DNA from: an uncultured Candidatus Saccharibacteria bacterium
GTDB taxonomy: Bacteria; Patescibacteriota; Minisyncoccia; UBA6257; 2-01-FULL-56-20
Assembly (NCBI GenBank): GCA_964646415.1
Contig: CAZYEL010000003.1
Coordinates: forward strand, 11,639-75,638
Length of the DNA: 64,000 nt
Direction: 5' to 3'
The notes below the pieces were generated by a model. That model made no database searches and was not told where the DNA came from. It was given only the letters and a program-made list of their open reading frames with translations. Made by a program: the position numbers and the translations under genes. This document shows, piece after piece, positions 7,534 through 17,832 of this stretch. The number at the start of each line of letters is the position of its first letter. Positions within the stretch are counted from its first letter, which is position 1.

Positions 7534-9393
7534 ATGTCTAAAAAATATATCGAAGTGCTCGTGGGTTTCGCGGTCGTAAGCGGTTTGTTTTTTAATGCGG
7601 GAGTCTCGCGGGGCGATACGAACGCCTCAATCGCCTACTTGAAGTCGAAACCGCTCACGGCGTGGACGATTATGGCGCTCGTCGCGGCGGGAGAGTCGCC
7701 CTCGCTTGAGACGCTCAAAACCGTCACGAGCGATAAGGCAATCGACTTTGAGGCGCCCATCTTGGCACTCACCGCCGCAGGCAAAGACCCCCGGAACTTC
7801 GGGAGCGTTGACCTCGTCGCAAAACTCAAAAGTTTCTCCGACGGTGCGCAGCTCGGCGACGCGACCATTTTGAATGACGACGTCTTCGGCATCCTGGCGC
7901 TTCTCTCCGCGGGCGAATCGCGCGAGAGCACGGCTGTTTCGAGTACGCTCCGCTTCGTAAAAGCCCGCCAGAACGGCGACGGCGGATGGGGCTACGCCGT
8001 GGGCGGCACGAGCGACACAAACACGACCGCCGCGGCAGTGATGGCACTCCGCGCGGCGGAAGTGCCCGCGAACGACGCCTCCCTCACGAAGGCAATCGAC
8101 TACCTCAAAGCCGCGCAAAATGGCGACGGCGGATTCCCCTACGACCCCAAGAGCGCGTGGGGCACAGACTCCGACGCCTCCTCGGACGCGTGGAGCATCA
8201 TGGCAATCAAAAGCGCGGGGCAGGACCCCGCAGCGTGGCAAAAAGACGGGAAGTCGCCTGCGAATCACCTCCAAACCCTCCGAGCCGAAAGCGGCGCATT
8301 CACGTACCAGCCGGGCGCGGGCGAAGACGCGTTTACCCCCACGACGACCTCCTACGCGGTGATTGCGCTCGCCAACAAGTTTTTCCCGCTCCGCGTCATC
8401 TCCCCCGCCGCACCGGTACCCGTCCATTATTCCTACCGCATTGAGGGCGCGACTCAAGAACTCTGCGCGGGAGAAGCAGACGGAGTGAATGCAATCGAAT
8501 CGGTTAAGTCAGCCGCGGCCGCATGCGGAATCACCTATCACATACAAGAATCTTCTCTCGGCTCTTACGTGGATGAAATAGCAACAGAAAAAGCCGCCGG
8601 GTCCAAGGGATGGCTTTATTTTATAAATAACGAGCTCGCAAGCGTTGGAGCGGACGCATACCGATTAAAATCCGCGGATGAAATACTTTGGTATTTTGGA
8701 GAATATGGCGCTCTGCCCACGCGCATTACACTCGCGACAACCACAATAGCCGGAGGATCAAACGCCGAAGGGACCGTTGAGTCATACAAAAACGGCGCGT
8801 GGAGCGCGCTTCAGGAAGCTGTGGTTAAATCAGGGCATTCAAGCACAACGACCGGAAGCGACGGAAAATTCTCTCTCTCCTTAAATCCCGGGATTCGCAA
8901 AATTTATGCCGAAAAAACCGGATTTGTAAGAGGCGCGGAGATTAAAGTAACTGTCGGGTCGCTCTCAAGCACAACGCTCGATCTTGAAGTGGACATTCCC
9001 GCATCCACCTCCACGAACTCCGGATCCGGCGGGGGCGGAAATGGAGGCGGGGGCGGAAATCCGGCATCGGGAGAAGTTTCATTCGTAGTCGAAACCGGCA
9101 CATCGGCAAAATCATTGGACTTCGGGAAATTGGATAAGGGAAAACAGCAAAAGAAAAAAATCACGTTGCAAAACAAAGGGCAAGGCACGCTTTCAATAGA
9201 AAGCGCGGTAACCGGAGACGATCTGTTCAAAAGTTATCTTCTCTTAGACGGGAAAACATGGCGGCTTTTCCAAAACTCTGTTACTGCCGGAGCATCTATC
9301 ACGCCCGAAGTGAGAATAGACATTCCTCAAAATTATTCCGGATCCGGCGTTAAAAAGGGCGCGCTTACGTTTTGGGCAACTCAAATTCAATAA
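7534..9393 (+). CDS. Secreted transcobalamin-architecture protein (prenyltransferase-like alpha/alpha barrel + DUF4430-like domain + Ig-like domains); putative B12-binding protein
   Basis: Signal peptide; QNGDGGW/QNGDGGF repeats; YVDEI...GWLYFINNELASVGADAYRLKSADEILWYF matches DUF4430; lies downstream of the B12 riboswitch. Confidence 0.8.
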   Translation: MSKKYIEVLVGFAVVSGLFFNAGVSRGDTNASIAYLKSKPLTAWTIMALVAAGESPSLETLKTVTSDKAIDFEAPILALTAAGKDPRNFGSVDLVAKLKSFSDGAQLGDATILNDDVFGILALLSAGESRESTAVSSTLRFVKARQNGDGGWGYAVGGTSDTNTTAAAVMALRAAEVPANDASLTKAIDYLKAAQNGDGGFPYDPKSAWGTDSDASSDAWSIMAIKSAGQDPAAWQKDGKSPANHLQTLRAESGAFTYQPGAGEDAFTPTTTSYAVIALANKFFPLRVISPAAPVPVHYSYRIEGATQELCAGEADGVNAIESVKSAAAACGITYHIQESSLGSYVDEIATEKAAGSKGWLYFINNELASVGADAYRLKSADEILWYFGEYGALPTRITLATTTIAGGSNAEGTVESYKNGAWSALQEAVVKSGHSSTTTGSDGKFSLSLNPGIRKIYAEKTGFVRGAEIKVTVGSLSSTTLDLEVDIPASTSTNSGSGGGGNGGGGGNPASGEVSFVVETGTSAKSLDFGKLDKGKQQKKKITLQNKGQGTLSIESAVTGDDLFKSYLLLDGKTWRLFQNSVTAGASITPEVRIDIPQNYSGSGVKKGALTFWATQIQ

Positions 9394-9394
9394 A

Positions 9395-9985
9395 ATGGCT
9401 TTTCTCAAGCGGAGAAATCCCCGAGGCTTAGCCTCCGTGGAGGCTAAGCCTCGGTGGCGAGTCCTGATTTTTATCGCGTTTTCATTCACGCTTTCCGTTC
9501 CAGCATTCACTCACGCGTACTCAATCGGCATAGCAGTGGAACCGTCCGAACTCGCAATTAGTGTTAGAGAAAACAGTGAAACAACAGCGGAATTTCGCGT
9601 AAAGAATCCCTCGCGCGAAGTCGCGATCTTTGAAGTCTATCCGGAAAACTTCGAAAATTCGGTCGTTCCAATACCCGGACGCTTCACCCTCGAAAGCTCC
9701 GAAGAAAGGAAAGTAACGATCAAAATATTGAAGGGTCAAACAGGCGCGTTTGTGACAAACATAGCAATAGTCGCGAGACCCATAAGCGACCCCATAATCG
9801 GAGTCGGATCGGGCATTAAAATACCGCTCCGCGTATCAATAAAAGAAACACCAAAAAACGGCCTGCTTGCCATGGCAAGCGAAACGGCGTTGCCGGCCAT
9901 AGGAATAGCAATCGCCGCCGCTTTATTAGGCAGTGCGGTTACAATATTTTTGAACCGCAGAAAAACTTCCGCCAAACTGCCGTAA
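9395..9985 (+). CDS. Membrane-anchored Ig-like hypothetical protein, co-transcribed
   Basis: Starts 1 nt after the upstream stop; signal sequence, beta-rich body, C-terminal TM + basic tail; N-terminus carries a hairpin insert (9419-9457). Confidence 0.75.
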   Translation: MAFLKRRNPRGLASVEAKPRWRVLIFIAFSFTLSVPAFTHAYSIGIAVEPSELAISVRENSETTAEFRVKNPSREVAIFEVYPENFENSVVPIPGRFTLESSEERKVTIKILKGQTGAFVTNIAIVARPISDPIIGVGSGIKIPLRVSIKETPKNGLLAMASETALPAIGIAIAAALLGSAVTIFLNRRKTSAKLP

Positions 9986-9990
9986 AATTT

Positions 9991-12981
9991 TTAACACGGC
10001 CCCAGTCCCCGTTCGCACTTAATCGCGTTGATTTTGTCGCGCAAAGACCGGATTTGCTCTTCTAATTTTTTAATCGTAGCGATAAGAAAATCAATCGTCT
10101 TTTTAGAATCCACTTTAACAACCGCGCTCTTCACATTAGATCCTCCGGGCCCCGTGCACGTGAGTGAAAAAGAAGTGTTTGCTGTTATGTTCGTTATAAC
10201 TTCTTTGCCGGTCGAAGAAACATTCCGGCCAGACCACCCTCCAGATTTCGCGCAATCTGACGCATCTTTCGCAACCCATGAAATAGTGCTGGAACCGCTG
10301 GAAAATGTAGATGCGGGATGCGCGGATATTGATATATTTGGCGGAGGAAGTTGCAACGAAAAATGGCTTGACGTCGCAGAAACATTTTTATCGCCCGCAA
10401 GCGAGACTCGAATGTAATATGAACTGCCCGGGAGTATATCAGAGGCAGAAGGAATTCTAACAAATTCCTCTCCGTCGTTTGTGCTTGTGGCAAGCGGAAT
10501 AGCGTTCTGCGTGCCTAATAAATCAATCTGCATCAGCGATGATGTGCTCGAGATCCCCTGCGTCTGCCAGCGAACCGGAATTGCTCCATCAGATCTAAAA
10601 GTCTCGCCGCCGGACGGAGAAGACACGGAAATCAGAGGATTAACAACATCAGCAATCGTAAATGGATCGCTTATATCATAAAAATCTTTATAAGAAACCT
10701 TCAAATAATATTTCCCTGGAACAAACGAAACAGACACCGGCTCATCCCCGTCATTTAATGTTTGAAAAGAATCGAGTGAAAATAATGAATCACCGGATCC
10801 AACCAATACATCTATCGAAACCAATTCATCTCTCGGAATATTAAGTGTCTGCCATATTAATTTGATTAAACTATTTTTCTGAATAATATCACCTTCCTTA
10901 GGAGATAAAATTTTGATCGGGAATTGAACAGTCGAAAACTTTTCCGAATATAATTCGCTATCTTTATTTGAAACTCTAAATACATACCTATAATATCCTA
11001 AAGGATGTTCGGGGATATTTATTACGCCTCTGAAAAATCCTGATTCTTCTTTATCCAACTCCAAAGCATTAGGACTAACACTGTAACTCCACTTATCCGG
11101 CAAAACCATACTTGGGAAAAACTCAGTTTTGCCACACGCAGGAGAATTATTGCCTTGAACTCCAGCAGTAAATTTGCGAGGATTGAAACGATCGATTTCA
11201 AAGCTAATTACTGGTGACCGCTTAAAACAAACCGGCTCGCCAATATCGACCTCAAAAGATAGAATATTTTCCTCAATTGATAATATGGGACCAATCCTAA
11301 TATTCTCAACTTCATCAACAAAAACAGCATTTTTCGATCTAGATAGCATCGCCGAGTTCTTGGCATCTTCATACCATTCGAGGGTAGAGGGGCTAGCATC
11401 AATAAGCTGTGAAATATAGGTGTTTGATTTTATAATATTGATAAGTAATCCGTTTTGGTTCAATCGGGATTCTTCATTGTCAAGCTGCCTATCAAAACCA
11501 ACAGCTTTCCTCCATTCGATATAATATTGCACATCTCTGCCGCGAGGTTTTATTTTCATATACGCGACACCAGAATCCGCCTCTAAAGTATTTATCGCAT
11601 ATGTGCCAGAATTTTCTATTGTCAACATCCGCTTCGGATCTAACCAATCAAGACGCTCCTTATAAATTGCGTTAAAATGGAGCGAAAACGATCCGTAACC
11701 CATCACGTCAAAAGGATTTCCATACTCCTTATTGATGCAAGAACCATATCTAGACTCATCACCGCAATCCAATCCATTTGCATGGTAAAGCCCTAAACTA
11801 TGACCAAGCTCATGAGACAACGCATCATCGAAATATGTCCAAATACCTCGATTTATATCTATCCTAGAGAATACAGACGAGACAGAAATACGCTGCGTCA
11901 TTCCATTGTATTTATAATCTATTTCTCCAACCGTTGAACATCCCCCACCACGGTCTTGCCTGGCTGGATTTACTACAACAAGAAATCTTCTAATATTCGA
12001 AAAAACAAATTCATTTTCTTCCGCAATTTTCAAAGCTTCATCACCTATCATGCCGCATCTTACGTTTTCATCTTTTTTTTGTAAGGTAAACCAGCCATAC
12101 ACGTCGCCCGCAAACCAAGTTTTTCCATATGATTGCTCCTTGTAAAAAGCGTTCATAGGGCCGTTGAAGATCAACTCTTTCGCCTGCTCTTTCGTAAATG
12201 GAGGAGTGCCTGAATCCTGGAAATTCACAAGAAGCACTAGTGTTTTTTGTTCTCCTAAAGCATCCAGTTTAGGCGCATCATATATTTTAAAATTCGCGGC
12301 CTTCGTGTTTGCCGCAAAAATATCTTTAATCTTGAATCCGACTGCGTTAATCTTTGCGCCGGAGATGGTCGAAATTTGCCCTGTCGGATAAAAAGAAAGG
12401 CGGGTATTGCCTTGCCTTATGTAGTATTCGTATTTCGAATCCTCGGGTTTCTCAAAATCATCTACATGAAAGACCTCTATTATTCCGGCGCGTATCGTAG
12501 CCTGCTGTTCAGCATACTTAATCAAAGCTTGCGGAAGTTTGGCTCGAAATTTCGTGACCGCCGCGATTTTAAGAAACAAGTCGGGATTTTCTTTTGCCAA
12601 CTTCATCATTACATCCAAGCGGAGTTTCAAAGCAGATTCGAGATCCCTTGTAATAGCTTGTACATTAACGGATGCGCCTGGCGATTTAGGCGAAATAGAA
12701 CCCAAACGGTTCAAAAAAATTGAAATTGATTTATCCAGTTTCGCCGCCTCGGACGCATCAAAACTTCCATCCAAAGGAATAGGAGCTGGAGAAAGCAAAG
12801 ATGGACTATTAGAATATATGCCAGATATCGCTGCGGATTGCGAGCCCAATCCACCCTTTAGAGACAAAATAGAATTTCGGAGCCAACTAAAAACACCTTC
12901 CGATCCGGACTGGCCTGGCGTACCAGCCGCAACAATGGAAAGAAAAAGCAGAAAAACCAGCAAACGCCCCGTTTTACTCAT
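9991..12981 (-). CDS. Secreted M11 (gametolysin-like) zinc metallopeptidase with Ig-like domains and C-terminal coiled coil
   Basis: HELGHSLGLYH and EYGNPFDVMG Met-turn; signal peptide; AT-rich. Confidence 0.8.
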   Translation of the reverse strand: MSKTGRLLVFLLFLSIVAAGTPGQSGSEGVFSWLRNSILSLKGGLGSQSAAISGIYSNSPSLLSPAPIPLDGSFDASEAAKLDKSISIFLNRLGSISPKSPGASVNVQAITRDLESALKLRLDVMMKLAKENPDLFLKIAAVTKFRAKLPQALIKYAEQQATIRAGIIEVFHVDDFEKPEDSKYEYYIRQGNTRLSFYPTGQISTISGAKINAVGFKIKDIFAANTKAANFKIYDAPKLDALGEQKTLVLLVNFQDSGTPPFTKEQAKELIFNGPMNAFYKEQSYGKTWFAGDVYGWFTLQKKDENVRCGMIGDEALKIAEENEFVFSNIRRFLVVVNPARQDRGGGCSTVGEIDYKYNGMTQRISVSSVFSRIDINRGIWTYFDDALSHELGHSLGLYHANGLDCGDESRYGSCINKEYGNPFDVMGYGSFSLHFNAIYKERLDWLDPKRMLTIENSGTYAINTLEADSGVAYMKIKPRGRDVQYYIEWRKAVGFDRQLDNEESRLNQNGLLINIIKSNTYISQLIDASPSTLEWYEDAKNSAMLSRSKNAVFVDEVENIRIGPILSIEENILSFEVDIGEPVCFKRSPVISFEIDRFNPRKFTAGVQGNNSPACGKTEFFPSMVLPDKWSYSVSPNALELDKEESGFFRGVINIPEHPLGYYRYVFRVSNKDSELYSEKFSTVQFPIKILSPKEGDIIQKNSLIKLIWQTLNIPRDELVSIDVLVGSGDSLFSLDSFQTLNDGDEPVSVSFVPGKYYLKVSYKDFYDISDPFTIADVVNPLISVSSPSGGETFRSDGAIPVRWQTQGISSTSSLMQIDLLGTQNAIPLATSTNDGEEFVRIPSASDILPGSSYYIRVSLAGDKNVSATSSHFSLQLPPPNISISAHPASTFSSGSSTISWVAKDASDCAKSGGWSGRNVSSTGKEVITNITANTSFSLTCTGPGGSNVKSAVVKVDSKKTIDFLIATIKKLEEQIRSLRDKINAIKCERGLGPC

Positions 12982-13041
12982 TTACTATGCATAAATTATA
13001 TCACAACTCGATTTTCCGATGATATGCATGAGAAAAACACA

Positions 13042-13515
13042 CTACCCTATCCAGTTCCTGATTTTTGGAAACTTGGAGCAAATCGGAAGACCGGCACACC
13101 ATTTTTCCAAGCCGAATACTCGTCCTGCTTCAAGCGCGCCTAAAAGAAGCAATGCCAAGGCGTATATGATATGCTCATCAACAATCAGCGAATGGCTGTT
13201 TGGATAGGGGAACCCAAGCGGAAGATAATACAAAATCATAATTATTGCGCCGAATATCCCCGCGAGCCGAGTGAATATTCCCAATATAAGAGCCGCGCCG
13301 ATAAGCGTAAGCCCCCATTCATTCACGAAGTTTACGAGCGGAAGCAACGCAGGGTTTGCGAGCCAATGGTAGAAATCGGGAAATGTTTTTGCTCCCTGGA
13401 GATACCCCGCTGCGGACCAGCTCGGGTCGAGAATCTTCGTGGCACCCGCGTAGAAAAAAAGCCACCCCATGCTCACACGGAGGAAAAACAAAGCAATTTT
13501 CGCGCTGTGGTTCAT
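13042..13515 (-). CDS. DoxX/DoxD family membrane protein
   Basis: LRVSMGWLFFYAG.KI, WSAAGYL, EH..Y motifs. Confidence 0.8.
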   Translation of the reverse strand: MNHSAKIALFFLRVSMGWLFFYAGATKILDPSWSAAGYLQGAKTFPDFYHWLANPALLPLVNFVNEWGLTLIGAALILGIFTRLAGIFGAIIMILYYLPLGFPYPNSHSLIVDEHIIYALALLLLGALEAGRVFGLEKWCAGLPICSKFPKIRNWIG

Positions 13516-13549
13516 GGAACGTTAATTATCCCTTCGGCGGTCGGACCGC

Positions 13550-13951
13550 CTAAGATTGATTTCCTCCCCGAACAGAAAACCACTCGCGGAGGGAACGAGG
13601 CCACCCCATAAGAAGAAGCAACGCAAGCGGCGCGCCCCAGTTTGCCCACCGCTCCACAAAGTCCCAGACCGGCATCCCGACAAGCGGTCGAATAAGCGCC
13701 GTCCAGAATCCCCAGAGCGCCATCCAGAGAAGTGCGGCTCGAACCGGCCGCACAAGAATAAGCAGGGCAAGTAGTACATCGAGCAGCCCGATGAAGAACA
13801 ACAACTGCGTTGCCACCCCCGCGTCGGCGACGCCGAATTGAGCAAACCATCCTATCCAATCCTTCTTGCCTTGAAGCGCGAACGCTCCATGCCCGATAAA
13901 CTCACCCGCCACCGCAATCCGCAGCACCCAGCCTATATATTTTATATTCAT
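13550..13951 (-). CDS. DoxX-like membrane protein
   Basis: LRIAVAGEFIGHG and ER.AN.GAPLALL motifs; about 4 TM. Confidence 0.7.
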   Translation of the reverse strand: MNIKYIGWVLRIAVAGEFIGHGAFALQGKKDWIGWFAQFGVADAGVATQLLFFIGLLDVLLALLILVRPVRAALLWMALWGFWTALIRPLVGMPVWDFVERWANWGAPLALLLLMGWPRSLREWFSVRGGNQS

Positions 13952-13957
13952 TAAAAT

Positions 13958-14515
13958 TCACCCTCCCAACTTTTCAATGGCGCCTCTTTGAGGAAAAGTT
14001 CGGAGGGCGAGCGTGCGACGCTCTTCCGATGTAATCCATTGGTAGACCAGAGGACTCACCGTCACCGCAAACACCGTGTTCCCCAGAAGGTGGAGCATGG
14101 TAAAAGGAATCTGCCCCGCGACTGCCGCCACAAACGGTTGTCCAAAAAAGAGCGGCCCCACGGTGAGTCCCGTCAAAGCGTCATAGACAAGCGTCCCGAT
14201 TATCGCGTACGCGAAGTAGGACGTTCGTGAACTCTCACGACCCTGCAAAAACCACCAGGCACCCGCACCCACAAGCCCGTAGGAAAATGCGGTGACGAGC
14301 GTCCACATGCCCATTGTGCCAGTGACAATATCAAAAAGAAGGATGCTCGCGGCGCCAAAAAGAAATCCGGCAAAAGCGCCGCCCCGCTTCGCAAACGGCA
14401 TCGCCGTCGCGAGCACGGGCTCCACGTTCGGCGCGCGCCACGGCAGGAGCCGCACCGCAAGGCACCCGAGCAGCGCCGCACCATATTTCCAATCTATTTT
14501 TATGTTTATTTTCAT
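13958..14515 (-). CDS. ECF-type S-component-like membrane protein, putative cobalamin transporter
   Basis: 185 aa, about 6 TM, PNVEP motif in the first loop; directly follows cobO. Confidence 0.65.
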   Translation of the reverse strand: MKINIKIDWKYGAALLGCLAVRLLPWRAPNVEPVLATAMPFAKRGGAFAGFLFGAASILLFDIVTGTMGMWTLVTAFSYGLVGAGAWWFLQGRESSRTSYFAYAIIGTLVYDALTGLTVGPLFFGQPFVAAVAGQIPFTMLHLLGNTVFAVTVSPLVYQWITSEERRTLALRTFPQRGAIEKLGG

Positions 14516-14529
14516 ACTTACACCTTATC

Positions 14530-14568
14530 GCTTTCCGCCAAAGGCGGATCCGCCTCCGGCGGAAAAGC
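14530..14568. repeat. Hairpin element family B (TCCGCC..GGCGGATCCGCCTCCGGCGGA)
   Basis: Copies at 39473-39506 (inside prfB) and 45449-45485. Confidence 0.85.
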
Positions 14569-14572
14569 TATC

Positions 14573-15094
14573 CTAATACTCCACTCCCTTCACCCCCGTC
14601 ACGCCTTCCGTATAGGGATGTTTCACCTCGCGCATCTCGGTGACCAAATCCGCCTCCTCGATGAGTTCCGGTGCGGCATTCCGCCCCGTGAGAATCACGT
14701 GCTCCAGCTTTTTATGCGCCCGATGGAGCACTTTCTCCAGCTCCTTTTCCGCGATAAGCCCCAATGCCACCGCGTTATTCACCTCATCGAGGATAACCAC
14801 TTCCCACTTCCCCGACTGAATTTCCTTGTCCGCGAACGCAAGCGCCTCGCGCGCGGCTTTCTCATGCTCCTCCCACGGCAGCTTATCCCCGAAGATTCCC
14901 ACGAACCCTTTCCCCATCTTCACAATTTTAAAATTCGGTGCGAGGAACTTTTGCGAGTCATCCTCCCCGCTCCGCCACGGTCCCTTGATAAACTGCACCA
15001 TAAGCACCTTCTTTCCGTCGCCCACGAGCCGCAACGCCTGCCCCAAGGCGGCGGTCGTTTTCCCTTTTCCGTTACCGGTAAAAACTAGGAGCAT
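14573..15094 (-). CDS. cobO: Cob(I)alamin adenosyltransferase (CobA/CobO/BtuR family)
   Basis: TGNGKGKTTAALG, QFIKG, ILDE, LTGR, KHPY..G motifs. Confidence 0.92.
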   Translation of the reverse strand: MLLVFTGNGKGKTTAALGQALRLVGDGKKVLMVQFIKGPWRSGEDDSQKFLAPNFKIVKMGKGFVGIFGDKLPWEEHEKAAREALAFADKEIQSGKWEVVILDEVNNAVALGLIAEKELEKVLHRAHKKLEHVILTGRNAAPELIEEADLVTEMREVKHPYTEGVTGVKGVEY

Positions 15095-17826
15095 GAACCG
15101 CTTGCCGTGCCGCACTGAATGCACGTTTTACACGACCCTGTTTGAATAAGCATCCCTCCGCACGCGCGGCACACACTATCCGCAAAAACCGTCGTCCGCT
15201 CCGCCCGCACTGGCTCTTCGACAACCGCAACGGTTTTCGCCGCGGGCATCGCGGGAGCTTTTTCATCCTGGTCGAGCTCCTTATGCGGCACCTTGATGCC
15301 CATCCCCTCAAGCTCATCCGCAGAGAGAAAACGGATGGCGAGATAGCGGAAAATGTAGTCCGTAATGGAAGTCGCCACCTGCACCTCCGGATTCTTGGTA
15401 AATCCGGCGGGCTCGTACCTGCCATACGAAAACTTCTGGGCGAGCGTCGCGACCGGCACGCCGTACTGGAGCGCGGTCGAAACCACGATGGCGAAAGCAT
15501 CCAACAGCCCCGCCAAGGTCGAACCCTGCTTTGACATCCTTATGAAAATCTCCGCGAGCCCGCCGTCCTCGAACATGCTGTACGTAAGATACCCCTCGTG
15601 CCCCGCAATCGAGAATTTGTGCGTTTCCGAAGGCCTTGTTGCGGGGAGATGGCGCCGCGCCGGCTTCTGTTCTTTCTTCTTGGTATCTCTCCCCTGGCCC
15701 GCACCGGTGAAGAGCGGCTGCGCGGCTTTCGAACCGTCGCGGTAGACGGCGAAGGCCTTGAGTCCCATTTTCCACCCCATCATGAGCGCCTGCTCCACTT
15801 CCTCCACGGTGGTCTCGTGCGTCATGTTAAATGTCTTCGATATCGCGCCCGAAAGGAAAGGCTGCACCGCCGCCACCATTTTCACATGCCCCTTCCACGA
15901 AATGGAGCGGGTGCCCTTCGCGGGTTTCACCGCGCAGTCAAATATGGGAAGATGTTCCTCCCGCAGGCCCGGCGCGCCCTCCGCGGTCCCCTGCGCCTCG
16001 ATGTACTGCACGATTGCCGCGCGCTCCGCCTCGCCGTATCCCACCGCCTGAAGCGCGTCGGTGACTACATTATTCACGAACTTCATCACCCCTCCCCCCA
16101 CAAGCCGCTTCATCTTCACAAGCGCGAACTCGGGCTCCACTCCGGTCGTGACGCAATCCATCATAAGCGCAATCGTACCCGTGGGCGCCAAAAGAGAAAC
16201 CTGCGCATTCCGCACGCCCCACCGGCGGGCGTCCGTTACCGCCCCATCCCATGCTTCACGCGCGCCCCGGAGAATATCGCTGTCGAACGCAAGCACACCA
16301 TCCACTCCTTGGAGCGCATCCCGGTGCATCTGGAGCACTTTGAGGAACGGCTCACGGTTTTCCTGGAACCGGGCGAAAGGATGCATGTCACGCGCAAGCG
16401 ACGCGGAGAAGCGGTACGCCTCCCCCGTCATGAGCGCGGTGATTGCGGCGGCGGTGTGCCTCGCTTCGTCCGAGTCGTACGGAATCCCCAAGGACATGAG
16501 CAAGGCGCCCAAATTCGCGTAGCCCAGCCCCAGCTGCCGGAAGTCGTGCGCGTTCTTCGCGATACGCGGCGTGGGGTACGACGAACCGTCCACCAAAATC
16601 TCCTGCGCGAGAAGCATGATGTCCACCGTGCGGCGGAACCCCTCGACGTCGAACCGCTTCTCGGGCGTGAGATAGTGCAGCAGGTTGATGGATGAAAGGT
16701 TGCACGCGGAATTGTCCACATGCATATACTCGCTGCAAGGATTTGATGCGTTGATGCGCCCCGAAGCGGGGCACGTGTGCCACCGGTTGATGGTGGTGTC
16801 GAACTGCACCCCGGGGTCGCCGCAGTTCCATGCATTCTCCGCAATCGCGCGGAAAACATCCCGCGCTTTGTGGGTATCGGCGACGGCGCCGTCCGTAATC
16901 CGCCGCGTCCGCCATACCTCGTCCTGCTCCACCGCCTGCATAAAGGCGTCCGTCACCCGCACGCTGTTGTTCGCATTCTGGTACTGGATGGAATTCCACG
17001 CGGGGTCGTTCAAGTCGTACATGTTGTACCCCGCCTCAATAAGCGCCTTCACTTTCTTTTCTTCCTCGCTTTTCACTCCGATAAACCGCACCACGTCGGG
17101 GTGGTCCACATTCAAAATCACCATTTTCGCCGCCCGCCGCGTAGAACCGCCCGAGGCGATCATGCCAGCAACCGCATCCGCGCCGCGCATGAAGGACACA
17201 GGTCCTGACGAATGCCCGCCGCGCGAAAGCGTTTCGCTCGTCGAGCGGAGCGAGGAGAGATTTACTCCCGCCCCCGAACCGCGTTTGAAAATAAGCCCTT
17301 CCGTCGAAATCCACTCAAGAATGGATTCCATCGAGTCTTCCACTGAGAGAATGAAACATGCCGAGCACTGGGGCCTCGCATCAAGCCCCACATTGAACCA
17401 CACCGGCGAGTTGAACGCCGCGCGCTGGCGCACAAGCACAAAGGCGAGTTCCTGCGCAAACATATCCGCCTCGCGCACGTCCGCGAAGTACTGCGCGCGA
17501 AGCCCCCATTCACGGATGGTCTTCACAACCCGTCCCACCATTTGCTTCACCGAGTGCTCCCGCTCCGTGGAACCCACGCGCCCGCGGAAATATTTCGAGC
17601 CGGCGATTTCCGCCGCGTTGTCCGACCAAAATTCCGGGAACTCCAGTTCGCGCTCTTCTTTGGCGCCGTTCGTCCCGCGCACCGTCACCTTCCGGGTCGT
17701 CCATGCAACTTTATCGAAAGGATGCGCACCTTCGTGCGTAAAGTATCTTTCGATAAAGGGCGCTTTCGCGCTCTTGTTCTGCTTATGCGCACCGACGGGT
17801 ACCGACACGTGTTCCATGAAAATCAA
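15085..17826 (-). CDS. nrdJ: Adenosylcobalamin-dependent class II ribonucleotide reductase
   Basis: FNSPVWFN, QCSACFI, SNPCSEY, APTGT, AISKT; C-terminal TSCPD-like domain and CxxC..CxxC. Confidence 0.95.
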   Translation of the reverse strand: MIFMEHVSVPVGAHKQNKSAKAPFIERYFTHEGAHPFDKVAWTTRKVTVRGTNGAKEERELEFPEFWSDNAAEIAGSKYFRGRVGSTEREHSVKQMVGRVVKTIREWGLRAQYFADVREADMFAQELAFVLVRQRAAFNSPVWFNVGLDARPQCSACFILSVEDSMESILEWISTEGLIFKRGSGAGVNLSSLRSTSETLSRGGHSSGPVSFMRGADAVAGMIASGGSTRRAAKMVILNVDHPDVVRFIGVKSEEEKKVKALIEAGYNMYDLNDPAWNSIQYQNANNSVRVTDAFMQAVEQDEVWRTRRITDGAVADTHKARDVFRAIAENAWNCGDPGVQFDTTINRWHTCPASGRINASNPCSEYMHVDNSACNLSSINLLHYLTPEKRFDVEGFRRTVDIMLLAQEILVDGSSYPTPRIAKNAHDFRQLGLGYANLGALLMSLGIPYDSDEARHTAAAITALMTGEAYRFSASLARDMHPFARFQENREPFLKVLQMHRDALQGVDGVLAFDSDILRGAREAWDGAVTDARRWGVRNAQVSLLAPTGTIALMMDCVTTGVEPEFALVKMKRLVGGGVMKFVNNVVTDALQAVGYGEAERAAIVQYIEAQGTAEGAPGLREEHLPIFDCAVKPAKGTRSISWKGHVKMVAAVQPFLSGAISKTFNMTHETTVEEVEQALMMGWKMGLKAFAVYRDGSKAAQPLFTGAGQGRDTKKKEQKPARRHLPATRPSETHKFSIAGHEGYLTYSMFEDGGLAEIFIRMSKQGSTLAGLLDAFAIVVSTALQYGVPVATLAQKFSYGRYEPAGFTKNPEVQVATSITDYIFRYLAIRFLSADELEGMGIKVPHKELDQDEKAPAMPAAKTVAVVEEPVRAERTTVFADSVCRACGGMLIQTGSCKTCIQCGTASGSCS

Positions 17827-17832
17827 ATTGTA

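Noticed and set aside
9020-9062. GGCGGGGGCGGAAAT tandem repeat
   Set aside because: Simply encodes a Gly-rich interdomain linker.
15085-17826. Intein or intron in nrdJ (also checked dnaE)
   Set aside because: Lengths are ordinary, motifs are contiguous, and no intein splice-junction signature was seen.
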